A stretch of 64,000 nt of DNA, from contig CM097885.1 in assembly GCA_044892525.1 (NCBI GenBank), forward strand, positions 204,662,001 to 204,726,000. Direction: 5' to 3'. The notes under the pieces were generated by a model. It was given only the letters and a program-made list of their open reading frames with translations. It ran no database searches and was not told the origin of the DNA. Source of the stretch: Schmidtea polychroa. Taxonomy: Eukaryota. Below, one piece after another: positions 38,409-47,240 of this stretch. Position 1 is the first letter of the stretch, and every line of letters starts with the position of its first letter. Made by a program: the position numbers and the translations under genes.

Positions 38409-41400
38409 TTAATCACTCAATTGTACATCATCAATATAAATTTCGTCACTCAATTGTACATCGTCAATATCGATATCGTCAAATGTATTGTTCTGGGATT
38501 CATACCAATCCTCATCATCAAAGCTCGGACTCATTCCGCCAAAGAGAGGGCCAACTTCAGATACCTGGTCAACATCTGGAACATCGACTCCTAAAAAATG
38601 TCCATATGCGAGACTGGTATTAGGACCCACCCAAAGGCGCTTGTCATCGTTGTTCGACAAGGCTATTTTATTATTTTTAAAAGTAAAGAGCTGGTGGTTG
38701 CGTGTTCCTATTCTCGATTGTGGCACTGTATATACTACGTTGTTGTTGTAGCAGTCTAAATACGACTGGTGCCCGATTTGAGTCCCTATCAATTTGACTC
38801 CCTTTGCTTTTAAATGATCTTTAGCCCCTAACAAACTATAACACTTAGGGCGTAAGAAAACCCACTCGCTATATCCCAGCCCTTTACTCTCATCCTTAAA
38901 CTTCCCTATAACCGAATCCAAGCTCTTAGAATACAAAGGATGAGCAGGATCGTAATTTGACGTGTCTAGAAGGCTGTCTCTTATCATTGCCGGCAAAAGA
39001 GTGTCAAGCTTACAGTGCTTTATCTCTAAGAAAAAGGAGTCGGTGTCGCCGGCAACAATATTTATTTCGCAATTAAACTCTGTCCTATATTTCGCCAGTT
39101 CGTTATATTGCAGTTCATACATCCTCAGTTTAGACAGATCTAGTACTGTTTGACCGATGTAACTAGGCCTGTCTAAACATATAGAGTCCTTATTCAGATG
39201 GGCGGCTATCAAGTTCTCATCAATTTTGATAGATTTTCTGAAAGTTGGCTTTGAGGCATATACAATCATCTTTTCAGCTGAATTGCATAGCCTCAAATTC
39301 ATCCTTTTCTTTAAGTTCTCAACGGATTTCCCATATACGCTGTTGTTATAAAGCTTAAACAAATCTCTATATAACTCACTGGTGGATTGTGCTCTTAATG
39401 TTGTGTTTTTATTTATATAAGAACGAAATATAGGTGCTTGCGTGAATTTAACTGCTCTATAAATTTTAACAACCGTCGCACCGAGTGAAAGATAAAGTTT
39501 AAGAAGCCTCCAATGAAGAACATAGTTCTTCTTTGGCCAATGCGTGAGCATCAGCTTCTCAACTTTGGAGTTCGGTGGACACATCTTTTCTGCGGCAATA
39601 GGAAAGTCATTAAGGAAGTCATGCAAGCATTCAGGTATATCGATATCAACTTCCATAGAATACCCATATGGAAGGTTATCAATATCATCATTCACACATT
39701 CAGAAAGTATAATATCCAAATCATCATACACCCATACAAAGTCAGCATAAGGCAGATTTTGGCTTAAGGCCCAACCATACAAGTTATTAATATCAATATA
39801 CAAGAGTTCTGTGTCTTCAGAACTAGCAACATAATGTTTGTTAACAAATGTTAACCCACCCGTATCCCTCCTTCATAGAAATTAAACATTTCCATGTCCT
39901 GCAAAAGTTCTATGGGTTCCCTTAATGTCATAAGCGCTGAAGCCCATGACATACCGGGAATTCCATAGAAATTAAGAGGTTCAAGACCATTGTAAGCAAT
40001 GGCCTTTGCACGGAATTGTTGAAAATAATCTGCGAGGAGAAACACGTCTAATTAAGGGTAGGTTAACATGTAATCTAACATGTTGTTGCAATTTTGCTGA
40101 GTCCAAATAACTTGGGCTAATGCATACTCATCATTAGACACAGAATCCCAGATAGGAGGTAATTCAAGAGTCGATTCCAGAATCTCAAGAGTGTGGCAAA
40201 GTCATAAGGAAAGATACCTTTGGATCGAACAATTGCGTCATCGAAAACAGAAGAAGTTAAAGGCAGATCGGAAAGAGTCTTAACCGCTTTTGCTAAAGAT
40301 GAATTAACAAACTGCATGCTGTCAATAAAACGAACAGGCAGTTTGTTAATGTACGCGATGAGAGAGATGAATTTTTCTGTAGTGGTCGGAATAATATTTA
40401 ATTCCCAAGAAGGAAAATTTTTCAAACCATACTTCAAAATATGATGGAGATCATACCCCCTCAAATTATGAAAAACAACAGGTAACTGTTTCTGAATTCG
40501 CCGAGAAACATTGCATTTCCTACAAGCAGCACCTAAATACTTGCCTGTGAAGTGGCAATGGTCCCTAACTCTATCTCTAATGAATTTTTTACAAAGGTAG
40601 CAGGTCCTGGAATCTCTATATGCCCGTTCTTCAATGAAAGACAAAGTTTGAATAGGTTTTCGCCCATTCATTTCGTAATATGGCAGGACAATTGTGATAG
40701 CAATTTCCTCCACCTTACGAAGGAAAGACAACACACAATCCTCACCAACAAACTCATAATAAAATCTTGTGTTATTATAATTATAAATTAAAAGCATGCC
40801 TGCTGTTATTGGCAAGTGTATTTGGTGATGGGTAATATCCTCAGGTAAAATTGCCTCAAAATCGGCATATATTACGAATGGCGGGGTGACTGTTTTGGAG
40901 TAATCTTTAAATATTAAATTTTTATCTTTAGGTAGGGTGTATAATGTAGTACCTATCTGGTTCTTACTGCATATTGCAACATGAATATCAAATGCTTTTT
41001 CATGTCGAAAACCATTGAGACAATGGGGGCACCAGTTCACTTTAATTCTAACACCGCATTCACTGCTAGTGACAATTCATTAATCTTTGTAAGTTAAAAA
41101 CTGCGGTGTAATGAAAATTATCACCGTCTTCCAATAAAAGTAAGTATAAGGGTTCACCACCTATAACCTTAGATCGGTGAATTATATCCAATTTGGGATG
41201 ATGTGGAATATAATTATCATCAACTATATTTTCAAAAGGCTTAGCTGAGGTCGTTCTATAAGTTAAAACATTTATTGCTAAATTTAAATCCTTATTTTTC
41301 ATCTCGAATTTAGGAATATCACATAGTTTCATTGGACAGTCGGAAATGGGGTCAAAATTTAACTCGTCAAGATAATTTTCATAGGAACTAGCACGGTACC

Positions 41401-42480
41401 TATGACTATGTACGACATTACGTTTTAAAAGTGCTAAAATACTATATATAAAGCACATATCATCAGTGTTTTTAACGTTTACTATTGCATTTTTAGAATT
41501 TAAAGCTGATGGAGTGGGGATATAACTATGTCCAGCTAGCCTATTCATATGTGTAAATTTTGTTAATATAAAATTTATTTCTTTGATTTTAACCACACGC
41601 CATCCGCTACCTAAATATGTGAACTTTTCTATTTTCTCATTTAACTTAGTGATACCCTCTACTAGAAAATTATCTGAAAAAACCTCTGCATTATTAGAGA
41701 AAAAATTATCTCTAATTTCCCCATCTTTCTCGAATTGGATTAAAACGGCAAACTGAATTTTAATTGTGCCCATACCTACAATTTCGGCAATTAATTTATT
41801 TATAATTTTATTTGTAAGGGAAATTTGCACCAAGTTATCCTTTTCCATATTAAAGCGTAAATTTTTTCTCGCCCCCTTAAAATCGACTTCTATTTCTGGT
41901 TCATCGTCAATATCGATCGAACCACCTATTTGATTATATACGGAATCACCAGTTGTATTAATTTTAATAATTTTAGAGGGAACACCAGACCCAAAACTAA
42001 CAGCAGGACGTTTATTATTTATCACAGAAGGTTTTATCACAGAAGGTTTTATCACAGGAGCAGCTATATTCACTGGAGCAGTTATATTCACAGGAGCAGT
42101 TATATTCACAGGAGAAGATATAATCAGGGGCGAAGTATTTGTAGAGATATTTTTTGTTATAGGTCGCGAATTATTATTTACATGTGTATTATTTGCAGGT
42201 CGCGAATTATTATTATTTACATGTGTATTAAGTGTATTATTTGCAGGTGTTTTACTTTTTATTTTATTAAAAAGTTTCTTTTTATTTATTGTATACTGGT
42301 TAAGATGAGTCTTATGGGTCATATAAAAACACTTATATTTTATATTTTGGGCTGTCTCGCATATGGGACAAATATAGTAGTTGATGCCATAGAATCTATG
42401 ACCATAATACCTTTTCATGGTCTTATGACATAAATTGGAATGGCTTATTGAGGATTGGCAATATTTACGATATAATTTAC
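38409..42480 (-). pseudogene. polB: Protein-primed family B DNA polymerase (pPolB) with N-terminal region, endonuclease VII-like Zn insert, exonuclease and polymerase domains; three frameshifts (~41068, ~40190, ~39860) and one in-frame stop (~40052)
   Basis: GSGW...GHSYIPTP...AIVNVKNTDDMCF; IYADFEA; CYLC...RDHCHFTGKYLGAACRKCN; VFHNLRGYDLH; FIDSMQF; KGIFPY; YIDINNLYGWAL; KLYNNSVYGK; AGDTDSFF; LRPKCY; KAKGV; NDDKR. Confidence 0.95.
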
Positions 42481-42662
42481 CTATTAACGATAAATTATAA
42501 AAGATGATGTAAAATATTAAAATCAATTGTTATTAGTTAGTCTATTTTTATGATTATAAAAAAGGATTAACTATTAACCATTAAAAATAATAATCTATAA
42601 TATTCTTTATGTTCAAAGATAGTTGTATTTATTAATATTATTATAAGAAGAAGTGTAAGTTA

Positions 42663-42708
<46 letters not shown>

Positions 42709-43169
42709 ATTATTTTAACTAATGTAGTTGCTCATTGCAAACTACAAGGAATATTTTAAAGCTATAGTTTCTTAATCACTTTTTTTTTTAAACATTTGCA
42801 TAATTTCAACATAACAATTTCATTGTTTTCTCCATTTTCGTCATAATAATTTTTATATAACATTTTCATCATTTTCATAATTTTCATAATTTTCTTCAAA
42901 TTTTCATCATCATAATTTTCGTCATTTTCATAATTTTCAGCATTTTCATAATCATTTTTATTTTCTTCATATCATCATATTCTTCATATCATCATTTTTC
43001 ATCATTTTCTTCATATCATCAATTTTTCATCATATTTTTCATATCATCATAATTTAATAATTTAATAACATAATAAGTATTACAAAAATTTTTATGCAAA
43101 TGTTTAAAAAGTGATTACGAAAATTTTTAAATTTAAAAAATAATATATAAATAATAAATCAATTCTTAC

Positions 43170-43659
43170 ATTGAGATTCCTCGTCGGAATCATTCTCAGA
43201 GAGGCCATTATCATTTTCTGCTATCTCCTCATTAGAACTGATGACATTTTCTGCTACCTCCTCATTTGAACTGATGGCATTTCCACCATTAAATAATTCA
43301 TTATCCAAGTCCACATTAAACTCTAAATGATTTTTTTTTAAAATAATATACAAAAAATAAAATAAATTTACTTTCAGCATCATTTTCTCTTACATTAGGG
43401 GCATCAGTTTGCCCAATAAACACGACATCATCGTCGTCACTAATTGTAATCGTTCTAAAAACAAAATTAATTTCATAAAAATTAGAATAATAAATTTACC
43501 TAAAATTCGATCCACATTCAATATCGTCTCATCCTCGGTTACTTCGAACCAGTCAAAAGAATCTAAATAAAAATAATTAAAATAGAATAATAATAAAAAT
43601 AATAATTTACCAGTTGTTAAAAGACCACGTAAAATATTGTTGCTTGATTTGTTCGACAT
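43170..43659 (-). CDS. Four small acidic exons inside the element (43659-43611, 43562-43500, 43454-43372, 43322-43170); possibly the spliced 5' end of polB
   Basis: GT-AG introns of 48, 45 and 49 nt. Reads MSNKSSNNILRGLLTTDSFDWFEVTEDETILNVDRIL-E-TITISDDDDVVFIGQTDAPNVRENDAEKFNVDLDNELF...DSDEESQ, which requires one missing A at the start of exon 3. Confidence 0.55.
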
Positions 43660-44101
43660 TTTAGATTGTTGTTGTATTTTCTTCATTACAAAGGAAAACA
43701 ATTAAAATATATTAGTAAATTCTTTATTTACTTACTTTATGGATACTAAAACGAAAGAAATAAAGTTATATTTAAATAATTTAAATTAGTTATTTAAAAA
43801 TATTTAAACAATTTAGTTATTTAAACAATAATATATAGTATAATTTTATATAATATTATATAATATTATAATTTATGTATTCTAAATTTATTAATAAATA
43901 TAGTATAATTTATATAATATTGTAAATTTAATATATCCTTCATTTAATTTAAAAATTTATAATGAAGATTCTTTGAATTAAAAAAAAATTCTGTTAATAT
44001 TTCCAGACAGAAAACAACGAATTCAATATTTAAAATCTTAATTTTCATGTTGTTAGGATTGTGGCCAGAAGTTAATCGCCATCTAATCATTTTTCTCAAT
44101 T

Positions 44102-44308
44102 TCAATCATTTTTGTTCAAAACATTCAGGGGAGTTGTCATCTGGAAAGTTTCTTTGAGCTCTGTTTTGTTAAAACACTCACGGTATTTTTGAGAGACGTG
44201 ACACTGGAAATAAATTAACAATGGGTGGTCATCCATACATGTTGTTGGTCTGAGCTGTCGATTTACTTTAGAAATAGGTATATTAAAATCATTTAAGGTA
44301 TCATTCAA
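44102..44308 (-). pseudogene. Probable C-terminal remnant of an adenain-type cysteine protease
   Basis: VNRQLRPTTCMDDHPLLIYF...NKND loosely resembles the Polinton protease consensus N..QLQ....CG..C..F...ND. Abuts the truncated ATPase. Confidence 0.4.
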
Positions 44309-44622
44309 TAAATTTTTGTGAATAAATTATTAAAATCCTTTTCTTTATTGGCTTCTTGATACAAATCATCGATAATGATGACATCATCTCTCTTCAAACG
44401 ACTTGACCAGTTTTTATCAAAACCCTTTACTATTTTTATGTTTTTCAACTGACAGAAACTTGATTGCGTCAATCCATGTTCTTCATCGGCGCCTCTATGT
44501 CAATAAATATTGTTGAATTTTGTTTTGAAGAAATTAGATTTTAGTAATTTACAAACAAATAATGTTTTCCCGCTACCACTCGGACCAACGATTTGGTATA
44601 CTGCATCATTTCGTAATTCCAT
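44305..44622 (-). pseudogene. A32/FtsK-like DNA packaging ATPase, N-terminal half (not in the ORF track)
   Basis: MELRNDAVYQIVGPSGSGKTLFV (Walker A), TGA at codon 41 (44502-44500), DDVIIIDDLYQE (Walker B), DFNNLFTK, then truncated. Confidence 0.87.
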
Positions 44623-44729
44623 TTTTTAAATTTAAACTATATAATTATTGTTTATATTGATAATTTAAATGAACTCCGTTTTAAAATAACTATATATATA
44701 ACAGAGTTTTTTATAATTATTTCATTAAA

Positions 44730-45194
44730 ATGCTTTCAAATATAAATTACAGGGCAAAAGCTGATGTATCAAAAATGGTATTTCCAATGGGGAAACCACA
44801 ACAACTCATCAATAGAAGTAAAAAATATCCAATAATATATTTCAAAACTGGTAAATGTAGAATTATGAGATGTAAGGAAATAATCAAAGCTAGTGAATAT
44901 AATGTTTATGATTTAGAAATACAATCGATAACCGTAACTTCCGATATAGGTTTTTCTTGTAATTTAAATGAATTGGCTAAATTAATACCATGCTTTTATG
45001 AACCAGAATTATTTCCAGCTTTGAGATATATAAAATATAACCCTATGTGTGTAAATATATTCGCTAGCGGTAAGATAGTAATTCTTGGAATAAAAAATAT
45101 TGATTACAAATGTATAGTTGATAATATCATATCTGAAATTAAATCAATAATTGAAGGAAATGAATTTTTAGATTTTTTATTATCACTTAATTAA
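44730..45194 (+). CDS. Divergent TATA-box-binding-protein (TBP)-like protein, 154 aa, intronless and intact
   Basis: Two TBP-like repeats: LSNINYR...IIYFKTGKCRIMRCK and IQSITVTSDIGFSCNLNELA...YEPELFPALRY...VNIFASGKIVILGIK (compare canonical YEPELFPGLIYR...IFVSGKVVLTGAK). Confidence 0.88.
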   Translation: MLSNINYRAKADVSKMVFPMGKPQQLINRSKKYPIIYFKTGKCRIMRCKEIIKASEYNVYDLEIQSITVTSDIGFSCNLNELAKLIPCFYEPELFPALRYIKYNPMCVNIFASGKIVILGIKNIDYKCIVDNIISEIKSIIEGNEFLDFLLSLN

Positions 45195-45315
45195 TTATTT
45201 ATCATTGCAAATTCAATGCAATTGAAATGCATGATTCTGATTGGTCGAAATCTAATTGGCTGATGATTATTTATAACAAAATGTTTTCGGTTTAGTTGTC
45301 ATTTATTCAACAAAA

Positions 45316-45725
45316 ATGTACAACATACAAAGTTCCGCAATCACCTCAATGAAAGAGCATGCAAATTATGGTAATTTCAAATTTTTATTATTACATTAAT
45401 ATATATTTTTTTTACAGATGAATATCAATCAATTATCCTGCAAAGATTATGTTTCTATTATCCAGAATTAAATGAAATTCTACAAGATAGAGATCCAGCT
45501 ATCATTCCGGATTTGATATACAACCAAACACGAATCTGGATATTCGATATAATAAACACCTTTCTATGGGATATCAAGATAGGAAGGGGGATGAAAGAAA
45601 TGAAACCAGAAATTCCTTGCATTTTCGGATGTAGCTGTTGCAATTTCCGTTATCAACAATATGTTGAATGGTGTTTGGTGAAGACTCTGAGAAATCATCA
45701 CTCGAGTCAGATTGTATCAAAATAA
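45316..45725 (+). CDS. Element-encoded 120-aa protein with a CxxxCxCC cluster (exons 45316-45370, 45418-45725)
   Basis: 47-nt GT-AG intron gives an open frame MYNIQSS...LCFYYPELNEILQDRDP...PCIFGCSCCNFRYQQYVEWCL...VSK*. AATAAA overlaps the stop. Confidence 0.7.
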
Positions 45726-45965
45726 ATTTTTATGTTGAATTGTTTTGTTTTTGTAAATCGAAATAATAGAAATAGAAATAATAATAGAAATAGTAATATT
45801 AGAAATAATAATAATAAAAAACAATATTTATAATAAAAACATTAATGCTACATTAATGCAAATGACATGCAATTTAAACAAAGACATGTAGCAATCTGAT
45901 TGGATGATAAACAATAGTCATAGGTATAAAAACTCTGTACCATTTCATTTTAATCATAATTCACG

Positions 45966-46385
45966 ATGACAAAGAAAATTTCAAGCACTGAAAAGTCAAA
46001 AGTTGTTCCAGAACTTGTACAACCTGTTCAAATGTTCCAAAACTATAAAATGTATTTTTTAAAAGAAGAAATCAATATGAAATTGGTGTCACCGATCAAG
46101 CTAATTCCAACTAAATTTCAATTCTTATCCGGCACGCTTTCAATGTTAGATGTTAAATCTATTGATGATGTTTTCAAACGGTTGAATACGAATCTATCTT
46201 GTAATCAACATGCATTTTTCAACAACCGATATGCAAGATTTTATGATTCCTTTGATGAAATCAGCTTCAAAGAAAACGAAAATTGGTATATAACAATTGC
46301 AATCCAAGGATATAAAGTTGATAATAATGATGTGTATTCACCAATTTGGAAAATTATGTCTGCTAGACTTTCACAGTTATTTTAA
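45966..46385 (+). CDS. Element-encoded 139-aa protein, possible OB-fold ssDNA-binding protein
   Basis: Intact ORF with TATAAAA at 45925, ATTGG at 45899 and AATAAA at 46396. C-terminus WYITIAIQGYKVDNNDVYSPIWKIMSARL has a beta-beta pattern like viral OB-fold SSBs. Function is inference. Confidence 0.65.
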   Translation: MTKKISSTEKSKVVPELVQPVQMFQNYKMYFLKEEINMKLVSPIKLIPTKFQFLSGTLSMLDVKSIDDVFKRLNTNLSCNQHAFFNNRYARFYDSFDEISFKENENWYITIAIQGYKVDNNDVYSPIWKIMSARLSQLF

Positions 46386-46472
46386 TATTATATTTAATAA
46401 ATGTATTTAGTTATATTTGTTTTCGCTTATTTTCTATAAATAAATATATACTATAGTTTTAAAATACTAATA

Positions 46473-46831
46473 ATGACTACAGAAAAAGGTTAATATGATT
46501 AGTTAATTATCAAATTATTTAATATTTAGAATTTATAATAAACTTTTTATTGGAAAAATTAGCAGAAATATCTGGTGTGAAAATGGAGGATATATTATCT
46601 GTTACAAACGCATTAAATATAGACTGGGTAGCAGAGAGTGAAGATTCGGGATTTGATGAAACATATGAAGAAAACACTCAAGATGATGAGGAAAGCATTC
46701 AAGAAATTGATGAACCTATGGAGGAATTTACGGATACTGAACCGTGTGTATATAGGGATTGTATAGATCATGTTGTTGAAAACGTTATCAACTGTGGAGA
46801 TGATGAATGTGAATGTGTTAATAAATTTTAG
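46473..46831 (+). CDS. Element-encoded 105-aa acidic protein with a C-terminal Cys/His cluster (exons 46473-46488, 46530-46831)
   Basis: 41-nt GT-AG intron gives MTTEKEFIINFLLEKLAE...SEDSGFDETYEE...PCVYRDCIDHVVENVINCGDDECECVNKF*. The stop coincides with the inner edge of the right TIR. Confidence 0.7.
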
Positions 46832-47240
46832 TGTATATTTAAAGTATAATTTCTTTGTTAAAGTTTTGTCTTGAATATTTTTACCAGTAACTTTGTGAAC
46901 AATATCCATGTGACTTGTTGAGTGTGAGCAGTACCCTGGTGAGCAGTACCCTTAGGGGGACAGAATATTTNNNNNNNNNNNNNNNNNNNNNNNNNNNNNN
47001 NNNNNNNNNNNNNNNNNNNNNNNNNNNNNNNNNNNNNNNNNNNNNNNNNNNNNNNNNNNNNNNNNNNNNNNNNNNNNNNNNNNNNNNNNNNNNNNNNNNN
47101 NNNNNNNNNNNNNNNNNNNNNNNNNNNNNNNNNNNNNNNNNNNNNNNNNNGTCTTGGATTGGGCTTTAAAATGAGCTATCGTTTAATAAATTCGGATAAT
47201 GGGAACGATAACTGGCCGGAATGGCCCCATACCATCTACT
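46831..47240. repeat. Right terminal inverted repeat (partly in the N gap 46971-47150; lacks the equivalent of 36340-36661)
   Basis: Direct inverted alignment to the left end as above. Confidence 0.85.

Larger units (their letters stand above)
29644..47150. other. Assembly gaps at 29644-29774, 30807-30971, 37903-38058, 46971-47150
   Basis: Runs of N. True gap lengths are unknown. Confidence 0.99.
36311..47240. mobile_element. Polinton/Maverick-like (adintovirus-like) integrated DNA element, 10.9 kb, internally deleted
   Basis: Termini AGTAGATGGTATGGGGCCATTCCGGTCAG and CTGGCCGGAATGGCCCCATACCATCTACT (28/29 inverted match). Perfect 6-bp TSD ACGGAA at 36305-36310 and 47241-47246. Contains pPolB and a packaging ATPase. 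A 6-bp TSD and AG..CT ends are established Polinton hallmarks. Confidence 0.93.

Noticed and set aside
3714-42433. Long antisense ORFs (3714-4238, 4940-5179, 38488-38751, 38962-39153, 39513-39767, 40220-40791, 41930-42433)
   Set aside because: Opposite-strand shadows of the transposase and polB; no motifs of their own.
44041-44622. TGA-as-Trp recoding in the element (in-frame TGA in the ATPase at a Trp-like position, plus several TGAs in an adjacent alternative frame)
   Set aside because: polB, the SSB-like gene and the Cys-rich gene all use TGG for Trp, the alternative frame also has a TAA, and host LYPLA ends in TGA. A simple TGG>TGA mutation explains it.
44730-45194. Host TBP gene
   Set aside because: Too divergent, intronless, repeat 1 shortened, and enclosed by the element's TIRs and TSD.
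46473-46831. Rb-binding LxCxE motif in the acidic protein
   Set aside because: Not present in the translation.
29609-47169. ORF-track entries containing X runs (29609-29840, 30696-31033, 37870-38103, 46915-47169)
   Set aside because: Open only because they cross N gaps.
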